From Neoechinorhynchus agilis (taxonomy: Eukaryota; Animalia; Acanthocephala): DNA of 64,000 nt. The translations under genes were made by a program, and so were the position numbers. The stretch lies in the NCBI GenBank assembly GCA_051530055.1, contig CM121341.1:16036784-16100783 (forward strand), read 5' to 3'. Positions 24,645 through 36,440 of the stretch are shown piece after piece (positions within the stretch are counted from its first letter, which is position 1; each line of letters begins with the position of its first letter). A model generated the notes under the pieces. That model was not told the DNA's origin, made no database searches, and was given only the letters and a program-made list of their open reading frames with translations.

Positions 24645-25225
24645 ATGCTAAAATAATGTCATTAAGACTTATAGTGTGCTTTTTTTTTAATGAAATAGGA
24701 GTTTATAAATATCCACGCCACCGATTTAAATCACTCAGCTGCCGTACTGGTGTAATGGTCAAAAGGACGGATCCAGCGTCCCCCTCCCCTTACAAAAATT
24801 AAAAGGGAGGTAAATAAGGGATTTGATGTAAAATGGATGCTTTATAAATAAGGAGAGAGGTACTGTTGAAAAAGGTTTCTAGCGGAAGGTGAGAATGGCG
24901 ATTGTGCGGAAAGTTATTGACGGTGAGTGCGAAAACATGAAATAGATTGAATTAGATGAAAATAAAGAAAATAATTTAAGCTATAGAGCCAGATGAAAGC
25001 ATTTGACTGAAGTAAATGACAGTAGTTCAATCTTAAAAACACAATCACCGTTTCAGTTAACCGCTTTCTGCTGACAAGCCATCGTAAATTAGATTAAATA
25101 CATAAAAACAGCATACACCAATTTTTAATTTTTCGCCATGTTACAACAGACGCTACGATTATTTAAAGACTAATTCTGTACATAATCGGTTACACATTAT
25201 ACTTACAATCCTGCACAATGCATAT

Positions 25226-28078
25226 TCATAGTGAGATTTCAACCTGATCATTATTAAGTGATCCGGGTTTCCATTGAAACATAGATGATTGATTATATCC
25301 ATATTCTACAGGAACCCATGCTCGCGGTAGTTGCCGCATTGCGAACTTAACATCATTAGATTCATATCCACTATCCCGACACTCGTTTTCGATTGAATCG
25401 CCATTCGCAAGTTCCTTGTTTTGCAAGCAAATCATAGAAGCATTGATTCCGTTGTGCTTGTGGCTGGTAATGAAATAGCTCGATGAATTATTAGGGTCTT
25501 GAGATCCTGCACTTCGAACTTGCCTCAAAAACAATTTAAGATGACCATTATATCCCGCATACCCAATCATAAGCGCAAACAGTAGCAAAGTAGCAGTCGA
25601 AAGTACGTACATGATTGGGTACTTATTAAAATGGTTTAGAAATTTTTTAGAATTGCTGTGACTGTATTGTTGAAGACTGATCGTGGCTTTATGAACGCTG
25701 GCACTCCTGTTGGTTGAATTATCACCGATTGCGATTATAACAAACCCGGTTGAATTGCATGAAGGATCGTCTAAGGACGATGGTATATCCTTTGCAATCA
25801 GTCGAACAATGTAATAGCCTGTTCTAGGGATTTGCAGCCCTTCAAACGACAAATCAAATTGATGGATCTTATCAACGCTCTTTACCAAATTAACTTTCAC
25901 CTGTTGAATGTAATAGGGAGCAAGATGAGCTGATATCTCGATTTGATCTCCGTCGAGATCTTCTACGATAAAACTGAAATATGAATTATCAGCTATGGCA
26001 ACATCACGGTTTATATAGTGAACCATTCGGTCGTTTGTGAATCTCGGACAATTATCGTTACGATTTTGAACAAGGAAAGTAACACGAGCTCGATCAGTTA
26101 GACTTTTTGGTTGCCCGAAATCCTTTACACAAATTTCCATTTCATAAGATTGCACATATTCATAATCCAAGGGCTTAATAAGCCTGATGGTCCCGTTTTC
26201 TTCAATTGAGAACGGCAGATTATTTTGAAAGATGCTTATAGTTGGCAAGCAAAAGCTAAATTCAAATCGTCCATTATCACCACAATCTTTGTCATCGGCA
26301 TCAACGCGACCAATAATCGAACCAACAAGTGCATCTTCACTTACGGTGTATGTGTAAGACCGAAATCTAAATGTCGGGCGATTGTCATTGACGTCGTTCA
26401 CACATACTTTAAGTACAGACTCAACGTTCAGTGGATAATCGCCATTGTCGCTAACATTGATTTTTAAATGAAAACACTTATCGCCCATTTCTCTATCGAA
26501 TAGTCGAAGAGTTTTTAAATATCCTTCTTGTGTTATCTTAAAATCTTGACTTGATTCGGACAATGAAAACAAAAGATAAGAATTGGATTTTTGGTCGGCA
26601 TCAGTTGCATTTAGGACAGCTATCACTGAATTGATTGGAGTATCTTCGTTAAAATCAATTCGATTTGGAAAATGGACGATAGGTACATTGTCATTCACGT
26701 CTTCAACTTGAACATCGAATTCAACCACAGTTTTAAAATACGGTGGTGATTGATCAATGGCCGTAACTTTGCATTCATAGTAGTCCTTTGTTTCACGGTC
26801 TAGTGGGACAGTAACCAGAATATACATTGAGCCATCGTCAACTTGAATAGACTTAAGTGCATCACATTCAAATTTCATTTCCCATTGGGAATTATCTTTA
26901 AGTCCGTCCGCGTCTTTAATAATCATTTCGCCAACCGTGTGTCCGACTGGAGTGTCTTCACGGATGGCTATTAATTTTCTTCCATCAGACAGAAAATCAA
27001 ATTCTGTGAAACTGATATCAATCCTCGGATAGTTATCATTAACATCAACTACATTCACTTCAAACGGGCAGATGATCGGAAACCAACCAACTGTTTGTTC
27101 GGTCACTTTAACACTCAGGATGTATTTCTTTACTTTCTCGTAGTCTAACTGACCAACCAAATATATATTGCCATCGAATTTATCAATGCGAAAAAGATCG
27201 CCGTCCGTCGACGGTGAAATTACTTGAATTGCATAAGTAAGGGTCCCGAATTTCGACGAGTCAAGATCTTTTGCACTTATTCTACCCACAAATGTACCCG
27301 CTTTAGCGTCTTCACTTATTTTAGCGCTTTGTTTTTCGGAAACACACATTGGATAATTGTCATTCATATCAGCGATTTGCACAGATAGTTTAATATGCGA
27401 ACTCTGACTAGGAATACCATTGTCGACGGCAGTTAACCGTAGTGTGTATTCTGTTCGTTCTTCATAATCGAGTTGACCGAGGATTTCAAGACACAAAGGA
27501 TCTTGTACAATGTCGAAAATATTAGAAAAAGAGAACGTATGACTATTCTCCGAATTATAATCAAATAAATAGTACGTTATTCGGGAATTATTTCCTTGAT
27601 CATCGTCTTTAGCAATTGGTAATGGTTCACGGTAGCCAATCGGAAGGTTTTCTGAAATTTGAATCTCATAAGAGTCGAATGCAAATATCGGTCGATTATC
27701 ATTGACATCAAGTACTCGTAGCTTCATTCCATCTGTGCGGTTACTGAGCTTATCAACGACTGAGAATTTTAAAACACAATCTTCGTGATCGCACATCGAT
27801 AAACGAACCAGTAGTTCACGATCAAGTGGACTTTTTACTTTTAAAGCGCCCGTTGTGTTATTAAGACTGATTATCTTCTTTAAGTGGGTTCCATAATGAT
27901 CGATTATCACAAAATCACACTTGTGGTTATATTCACATATTCCTTTTCGCAGCTCAGATCCAACTTCTATATCCTCACTTACGTCTGGTAAAACGACTTC
28001 TTTGTAACTCGTAAATAAAGAGCGAGAAGTCCCGATGAGGATTGCAATTTTTAGTACGTGAACAAAGATATATCTCAT
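25226..28078 (-). CDS. Protocadherin-like protein, single exon, ~950 aa
   Basis: First ATG at 28078 followed by a signal peptide. Six DxNDN-ended cadherin repeats with LDRE/LDYE plus a degenerate seventh, a TM segment (IMYVLSTATLLLFALMIGYAGY) and a short tail. Confidence 0.93.
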   Translation of the reverse strand: MRYIFVHVLKIAILIGTSRSLFTSYKEVVLPDVSEDIEVGSELRKGICEYNHKCDFVIIDHYGTHLKKIISLNNTTGALKVKSPLDRELLVRLSMCDHEDCVLKFSVVDKLSNRTDGMKLRVLDVNDNRPIFAFDSYEIQISENLPIGYREPLPIAKDDDQGNNSRITYYLFDYNSENSHTFSFSNIFDIVQDPLCLEILGQLDYEERTEYTLRLTAVDNGIPSQSSHIKLSVQIADMNDNYPMCVSEKQSAKISEDAKAGTFVGRISAKDLDSSKFGTLTYAIQVISPSTDGDLFRIDKFDGNIYLVGQLDYEKVKKYILSVKVTEQTVGWFPIICPFEVNVVDVNDNYPRIDISFTEFDFLSDGRKLIAIREDTPVGHTVGEMIIKDADGLKDNSQWEMKFECDALKSIQVDDGSMYILVTVPLDRETKDYYECKVTAIDQSPPYFKTVVEFDVQVEDVNDNVPIVHFPNRIDFNEDTPINSVIAVLNATDADQKSNSYLLFSLSESSQDFKITQEGYLKTLRLFDREMGDKCFHLKINVSDNGDYPLNVESVLKVCVNDVNDNRPTFRFRSYTYTVSEDALVGSIIGRVDADDKDCGDNGRFEFSFCLPTISIFQNNLPFSIEENGTIRLIKPLDYEYVQSYEMEICVKDFGQPKSLTDRARVTFLVQNRNDNCPRFTNDRMVHYINRDVAIADNSYFSFIVEDLDGDQIEISAHLAPYYIQQVKVNLVKSVDKIHQFDLSFEGLQIPRTGYYIVRLIAKDIPSSLDDPSCNSTGFVIIAIGDNSTNRSASVHKATISLQQYSHSNSKKFLNHFNKYPIMYVLSTATLLLFALMIGYAGYNGHLKLFLRQVRSAGSQDPNNSSSYFITSHKHNGINASMICLQNKELANGDSIENECRDSGYESNDVKFAMRQLPRAWVPVEYGYNQSSMFQWKPGSLNNDQVEISL

Positions 28079-28829
28079 GGAGCGGCAATCTAAAATGTTT
28101 AGAGCATCAAATGATCCTTTACAATCACGTGGGCTATTGACAGTTGGTTTATTTCGATCATGATCTCTACAGAAAAACAAGTCAATTAGGAATTAACAGG
28201 TACCACACAAATGTTGCCTTATATAATTTAAAATTGGTTCTTTAACCGAAAGTGTAAAAAAGTAGGCGACTAAGCAATATCTGTATGAGGAAAAATTTAA
28301 CACTCCATATTCCCGACGGTGATCTACGCAATTGACATATCTTCATTAATATCAGCTGACTTATAAATGGAAAATATCTCATAGCTATTGAAATTAAGTC
28401 TAAGATGCACAATTTATGATTGAACAACAAAACTACTTTGGTGTTAAAGGAGACGATCGTACTTAATTTTAAAAATCAACAAAATTTGTGGTAGTCGGCT
28501 TATTTCAAAGATATTTTCGAATTCATCGCGAACGTGAGGTGTGATCGCTCATTTAGATTATACCGATGAAGGGAAAACGAGTAAATACTCACCCCTTAGG
28601 CGAAAGTGAATGTACTTATGGATCCATAGGTCTAAAAATCTTATAAAACGAACTTAATAGCATCTCAAAAAAAATGCATGCGAATAAATAGAGAATTGTT
28701 ACAATATGAGAATTTTAGCGGTTAATTTCCGAGCTACCATTGACTCCACTTCTTCATAGATGTACCCAGAAGACCAATTACAATTGTTTGTGGGATAATA
28801 ACCAGCATTGGGTTACTCGACTCGGCTAC

Positions 28830-30560
28830 AGAAATCTTATCAACCATAGCGACATCATCCCGAGTATTGGAGCTTTATATGCGCCAACAGCGATAAAAAA
28901 TGGGTGGTGCCCTAGTCCTACACTACTTTTATGGTCCGGACTTAATGTTCTAAAACCATTTAGTGATAGTATGTTATTTAGCAATATTTTAGAACGCGGA
29001 TGTAGAGGACGAGGTGATAGCCCAAAGCGGTGCATAGCTCGAAAATAATGTCTATTTAGAAGTATTAAATCGTCTTTATCTAATTTTTGGTTGATGTCCG
29101 GTAACGCCCACAATGTCCACCATTGATTACAAGCAGAGGACATGTAAAAAAGAGCATATGATAAATCTGGATGGTTGCGCAAGTAGCAGCTGATAGACGA
29201 TTAGCAGAAACAGCCAAAGAAGGGAGATAATTGCATGCTATAGCTAGCCGACAATTACACGGAGAGGAACAATGGAGCTCATGGATATCCGACTGTGTTC
29301 TAATCAAGAAATCAAAGGCAATCGGCGCTCGCTAATATAATGTATAGTCGCTGAAATCATCATACGTGGCGACATTTGTCCTATTCGGTGAAGCCATACT
29401 GGAATATTTATGTAAACCGTCTCTTCTGGTGCCAAGGCAGAAGGAGAAGGTCAATCGCACCTTCCTTTTCATGCATAAGAGTAACCAGCTGCCTATCGAT
29501 GTTGAGCCATAGGTTTGAACATCACGAAATGTGAGAAATTGCTAGCATACCAACGAAAAGGGTACGCGGATCAAGAAAAGATTGATGACTGTGATATGAA
29601 GTAAAGAATATCGATTAAGTTCTGATAGGATGGAAGACGGGAATGCCTTTTGAGAACGATAAGATTATTACAAGCAAAAGAAATAGAGCAGTGTTTAAGG
29701 TTAAATTCACTTCCATTTTAACCTAGATCTCTTGTACATCGAACTGCGATTATCAGTCTCGAGAAAGATTCTTGAGGTTTAAAGTGGTGGTTGCTTGCAT
29801 AATGGGTAGGATTGCTCTAAATTGACGGTTTGATGAAAAGTTGGAATAAGTGCTTGAAACGGCAACAGAAATTCCGGAGACATTCGCAAGTTTGGGGTGT
29901 GCCACAAGTGCCGTGGACAACAACAAGACGAGAAACATCAAACGGCCTCTATGTGTCAAGTAATGGCGAATTTAATAGCCTGGAATGACCGGGGTTAAAG
30001 GTGCGATGGACGGCTCGTCAAACGATGGAAGGTACCTGAAATATCAAATGATTTTCCACTGAGGTGTACTTTGGACGCGCCTTATAGTTGACTATGAAAT
30101 CGATAAGCTAGGCAGTGAATAGCATGTGTCGCAGGTTCGATATCTCAAATCTCCGAAGATCGCCTTGCACGGCTATAGATCAGCTCTCTGATTCCATTAA
30201 GATTGGTACAATGCGTATTCTGATTTCCCGGTGGGGTCGTAGGCTTGGACGAGGAAAGTGGTTTAGTGTCAAGTTTTCATTAAAAATTCATAATTTCTTA
30301 ATCGAAGCAATGAGTTTTTGTAATTTAAGCCAATCAAATTACACCGTGGGTCGATTTTCAAATCATTGTTAAGGTTCGAAGGTGTTAAATTGATGCTGGA
30401 AATTATAATATAAGAAGAGTAGACGTTGTGGGGGTGATGAGGAGTGCAAAATGACAGATTACATGCTAATTCAATAGAAAGGTATGCAAATGCGTCTTTT
30501 GGGGAAAGGTGCTTTAATGGAAGTTGGTTGATCATTTAAATTTATAAATTAATCAACGTT
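28830..30560 (-). mobile_element. Heavily decayed non-LTR retrotransposon remnant
   Basis: Fragments such as LSPKDAFAYLSI (thumb YLG-like) and C...YHMLFFTCP...WWTL (zinc-knuckle-like) in several frames with many stops. Confidence 0.35.
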
Positions 30561-33500
30561 AAAAGTTGTCCAAATGGTATAGAGTGCTAAATCTGAAATT
30601 TTTGACGCGTCAACCCATAAATACATTTTAAAGCAATTTTTAGTGGACACTTGAGGGAATACGCGTAAATTAAGAATTTCTGAAAAGTCGATTTGTAAAA
30701 AATGCCGTATGCGTATTTTTCACTAGAACTGCATAAAAATATTGTGGCGAAATTCTTAATAATTTCTTAAAAGCATAAAAGGTAAGATGTACGAATGTTG
30801 CGAAATTCGTCGCCATCAATTTTATTTAGAATACCATATAAGCAAGAGAAAACTTCCATTAGTAATTGAGTTGAATAATCGATTCTACTCACGGAAGCCG
30901 AATACCTCACGAAGATTTAGACATATATACTTTAAAGATTTCTTTTTTCTACATCCAAACATCTCTTAAATCATACATGATAAGAATGATATGGCGAATT
31001 ATGGAAAGTGGTTTTAGCCTATTTCTATCTGAGAACACACGTCGAATATTGGGCGGAGCGAGAGCTGATTTGTTATTAAGTAAAAAAGGGAATGCTTTGA
31101 CAAATGGAAGGGTGAACCAGACATGGAATTATAGTCGTCGCGACCAAAGCTGTATGATATTAGCGGTCGTGTGGACATGAGCTCTTAATTCAGAACCGAA
31201 TTTACGTCTAATGGGCGTTGATGTTTTTTGGAAATGTATTTATAGACTGGTATAAAAAGGCTTATGTAGAAATCTGGTTATTGTTGATCTACGGTTAAAA
31301 ATCAAATGTGCAAAGTTCCATTAATCTAATTCCAGATCACGGATTTAAGGCGCGATGGTTATCTGGGTTACTGGACAATGGAATTGTCTGTGGACCAGCC
31401 TTGAAATACAGTTGAGGCGTTTATTAGGTCTGAAACATGCTCTGTGCTTATATAAATCATTGTAGACCGGAATAATGATAATGACTTGGAGAGACAGCCT
31501 TAGGGTGGTCAGCTAAGAGGAGACGCAAGCTAGCAGATGCTAGAGTGGAAGATGATCCGCTAAGCGACTGGGTAATGGATGTCAAGCATCCATTTGGCTG
31601 TACGTGGAGTCGATTGCTCAGGTGATCAAATAGACTTGCAGCATTGTACCCACAGGCTGTTTATAAAGAAAACGGAACTAGGAAAGGTTGAACCTGCTTT
31701 CGTTTTGTGAAAACCTACCACGGGATTGTTCCGTTTATGTCAATATGTGAGACGAATGGAAGACAGAAGCAGCATATATATTTCAACGCGCCCAAACATC
31801 CGAATCAGCCAGTATTATGAAGACTATGATGGTCCAGTGCACATCTTTTACACTTGTAAGAGCCGGCATAGACTTCTTCAAATATCAACTCTCCGGTCTT
31901 TTCAACTTTGGTCCACATCAGAAATACAGACGTGACAATTATTAAAAGTACCACAGCAGCACTAATCAATGATTGGCTTATTAAAATCGAAGTGACGAAG
32001 TGCAAAGATTTTCTTCGGGTTGAGAAACGCCTCGGTTCCGTGGTGTATGTCTGGCGCTTCCTTCCCCAAGCGTCTTGAGATTAATTCGATTATGACACGG
32101 ATGGACAGGTTAATAAGCAAAATTACGAAACACAAAATTTTAGAATTATATTAAAGGAAGTGAAAATCTGTAAATTTATATGAACGTATGTTATTTGGGC
32201 ACAAAGTATAGTCGGTGGGGCATACGATGCTATCATAAATCACATATAAAGATACACGATGATCGCAAATCAGATTGCAGTGCTCAAATGTTTTCATCTG
32301 AAATTTAAATAAAAACTCTGCCTTATTTGTAAAGCAGCCAATAATTTTCAACTAAGGGTACAGGTATCGAACAACTTCGATTTATTGAAAATTTAGTCAA
32401 TTAACTTGAACATCTAGAGATAGTCCAACTGGCAAATGCACAATACTAAAATACTGATAGATTTGAACCCACATTCCAGGGAAGCGAATGGATCAAAAGT
32501 CGCTAACAATAGAAATCACAAGATAGTGACAATGTGAGTAAACTGTCGAGATTTTCTATAACTATTGTAGAGCCACGAACTGCCAATTTTATTAGGGTTG
32601 CTATTGGTGCAAAATCAATAATAAAATCCTAACGCCAAGAAAATTCTATGACCTATCATTTTAATACATTGGTCCTTCATTATACTCGAAAGCCACAATT
32701 TTATCAAGTCGACGCTACTCTTCCTTATATCTCAAAACAGGACAAGTACATCCGGTTATGCGATAAAAAAATTAGACTTCGGAACCAGAATGAAAAACCA
32801 ATTAGAAGAATTGGGATATCCTAAATGTAAAAAGGTTATTTGTGCGCTCAAGTAGTACGCTCACAAAATACTATACACTCAGCAATAAAAGGATTTCGTG
32901 GGTTTTCAAGGAACCATTGCCAGATCCTTATTGGTCCATATTTGGGTCGAGTTGCGGCGATGCACGGCGGTTTCTGTATTTGGTCGAAACGCGAGCAGAA
33001 TTTACAGGTCATTCATAAAGAACAGGCATTTAATTTTATCCAATGATATCGTTAGAAATATAATATCTAAAGAAGTCACATTCCACCTTCCACTCATTGT
33101 TAAGGATAGCACATTGATCTTGAGTTGTTTGCAGTTTAGATTAGTTACTTGATTGTTGTTTGATGGGGAAAATCGATTTTTAGAAAAAGGATGCGTCAAT
33201 CTTTCTACCTCGCACTCGAGAATCTAGATGTTACACTAAGATTGAAAACTATCCAAACAATAAAAACATTTCTCTTTTATCTGGCAACTTAAGCTCATCA
33301 TTTACCAGATTCAAATAAGGTTGAAATCTTTCACATGGCTTGTAGAATCGAAATTATGCAAATATCAAATTTAAATGCGGTACGCATCAATGTTGACGGT
33401 GCCAATTTAAAGAATCAATTGCACAATGCGTGTGGAATTGACGTTCCTTCATAACTGACAACGAAATTGTGTTTGACATATCTATTGACGAAATTAGTGT

Positions 33501-34602
33501 TTTAACCAGATTTAAGTCGTCCATTCTTGTTGTGAGCGCCGAAAGCACTTTTATTTTTAGGAATTAATATACAAGACAGTATATTTTATCTAGAGCTTCA
33601 ACATTTTAATTTTTATATTGAATATATTGGAATTTTAAGTGCAGTAGGTACGAAAAAAGGAATTATTTTCTATTAGTCTTCTAAAAAATATGGCACAAAC
33701 AACAATATTAAAATTTAATTTAATAGAACCCGTTGGCGCTCGCATCTTGAATTCAATTTTTATTTAACGATTCGGTTGTACATCATCGAATCGTCACGAT
33801 ATAGCTTTTTGTCATAGTTTTACAGTGGCGAAATTAATAAGATTTTCAAAATCTCCACAATGGATGACATAAGTTTTACGAAGATAGAAATAAATTATAA
33901 AAATGTTATCATATCAATCGGAAATCACATTAATCGATAAGCATATTTCTAATACTTTTAAGAAATAAAGACAACATTATGTCAAAGAGAAGCTTAATCG
34001 CGAATATTTTTGCTAAGTTACACGCTTTTGAATATAATTGCAGCAATAATTTTATTCAAGAAACTGAGATCCTTCTTGAAATAAGTGGTATCTGACAGAA
34101 ATGCATTATGAACATCATTTATTTTTCCAACTGTTAAATGCAAGTGAGTTTGTCTAGAAAGTCTTTGCGAAAACGAGGTAAAAACTTAAATTTTAAGAAA
34201 TATTTTATTTAACCTTCTAGAGCGGTGTTTGTCGGTACCATTAATATCTAAATTTTCCGATTTATTTCCTCTTACTCGTACTAAATTCAAGTACACCAGT
34301 TTCAGATTTTAACAAGACATGGAAAAATGTAAATAATCTCATGATATGTCTGAAGTTAGTTTGTCAGATTTGACGAAATGCGATCGGTTTTTATTGGTAC
34401 AAACATACTTTTTCGTTACTTTCAAAAGGGAAGCATATACTGCGATGAACGAATCGTGCGATAGGTTTTATAAAACTACGACAGTTCATTAAAAATGACT
34501 ATTCCATATGAGCTGCTGCCTACTATTTAAAATTCATATGTTACACTTTTAAACTTCTGAAAGATAAATATTTTTTGACATTTTAAGTACGATCACTGTT
34601 AC

Positions 34603-34914
34603 TTAGCCCCAGACCGGCGTTTTGCAGTAGTACAGAGTTATAGATTTGCCATCGCCGATTCCATAACACTTAAGGATACTCTCAACAGTTGAGTCCAAGG
34701 TCGGTGCAAATGACTGGTTCACAAATAAAGAAATGCTTTCAACTCCTCGAACTGGTTCGATACTCATTAGTTTATGAAGAAATGATCTTAAATCAGCAAT
34801 GGTTTTATCCGGCGTCACTAACCAGCGCCTTTTCTTCAATAAAGGTCCATCCGCAACTGACACAAAGTTCACTTCAATCTTTTCACTAGCATCCGATTTA
34901 TGCTCTTGTTCCAT
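34603..34914 (-). CDS. ATG12: Ubiquitin-like autophagy protein ATG12
   Basis: 103 aa with KIEVNFVSVADGPLLKKRRW, LFVNQSFAP and a C-terminal YCKTPVWG. Confidence 0.93.
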   Translation of the reverse strand: MEQEHKSDASEKIEVNFVSVADGPLLKKRRWLVTPDKTIADLRSFLHKLMSIEPVRGVESISLFVNQSFAPTLDSTVESILKCYGIGDGKSITLYYCKTPVWG

Positions 34915-35959
34915 GCCTAAATATCCTGCTACAAAATTTATAGGCTTTCGAAAATCCTACCTTCTTTCGCTCTTTGAACTGAATTTTCCTCATAAATATT
35001 CTATCTGGTGCCACGAATAGAATGTTTGTCTCATATGAAACCACTGGTGTCAAAATCTTTGTAATGTAATTTGGACGGGGCTTCAAAATGGGACGATTTG
35101 TAACCAGTTTCATTGCTTATATCTCGTTTAATAGAAATAGTGATTTTAGATTTGATCCAGATTTTGCCGGACTACATTTATTTGCAATTGAAGTACTGAA
35201 ACGCCTTAAAGTAATGATAAAATGTAACTGAATTTTCAAAACTGAGACACATTGTAGTCAATAGTTTAAGCTTGAAACTGCTCCGGTAGAGAATTTCACG
35301 TTATTTAAACAATCTCTATAACTTATACTATTTAAGATGCGATATTCTAATTGTGCAATGGTCCTTTTAAAGGAAATAGACGTAAAAATGGATGCTGAAG
35401 TGTAAGAAGATTTATTCGATCATAATCTAGCTTTTGGTTGTTATGAAGGATGGCTTATCGAAATTGAACTCTTAGAGTTTCCGTGTGATTTAGATAAATA
35501 TGATAAAATTGATTGTACAACAGGAGATCGCAATCATCCTTTGTGACGTTGGTTCTTTGACGTCTTATGAAATGGTTCTCCATTTTCTCTTCATGTTGTA
35601 ACCTAAACAGAAATGAATGCGAAGCTCAAATTGCTCACTTCGATAAATAAGTCATTTTTATAAATATTTGTCTATTTATAGAACTGAGGGGCAACACTCC
35701 AAGTATCTAACGACGAAACGAGAATTCGACTGCTATAATGTCTGCTTGAGTTTTTATTACAAATAGGCACTATATTTATACTCAGTTTGTGTTTTAATTG
35801 AAATTTTTGACTTCACGACTTAGCTCGCTTACCCTTAGTACAGGACCCAATTTTACCGATATTCGCGAGTAATCTGCACGACTATACTATTAATTTCGCG
35901 TGCTGGATATAAATTGGACATCAAGATATTTTTAAAGGTTTCTTGAAACAAAAAGAGTT

Positions 35960-36245
35960 TATAAACAATCACGCCACAGTCCTGGATTACTCAGTTGCCG
36001 TCCTGGTGCAATGATCGAAAGGAAGGATGTAGCATTCCCCCCCGTTGCGCAATTAGGCTTATGTTTTGAAGGAGGAATCCACCTGCCTTCGGATTGTCAG
36101 TGATTCGTCTCAGTTTCTTTGAAAATTGCTTGACGAGGTTTTGGGCGGCGGTACCAAACGACCCGAGTGTCTCGACTCCAAAGGGAACGAAATAATTATT
36201 TCAACCCAGGCCCCTGTATTTTGTCTTTATGCGAAGTGATTTCAA
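35960..36245 (-). mobile_element. CRE-clade 3' fragment (subfamily B)
   Basis: The minus strand reads KYRGLG*NNYFVPFGVETLGSFG...KKLRRIT.NPKAGGFLLQNISL..QRG. Confidence 0.85.
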
Positions 36246-36440
36246 GTAAAATAAAAGTTCAATTAGAGTTTGTACTTTCGAAAATAAAGAAATAGAATGG
36301 GTTAAGCAGTTTAGGTAACCAAATTCAAATTATTTATACATTTGCGGCGCAGCGATTAAGACGAGAAAGGATTTTAAATGACCAGCAATAAAATCGTACT
36401 CAATAGATAACTTTAAATCAAATATATCGTATTGGTTACA

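Noticed and set aside
31300-32050. Possible DIRS RT or PHD remnants (NDWLIKI...DFLR...YVWRFLP)
   Set aside because: Similarity is too fragmentary to support without a profile search.
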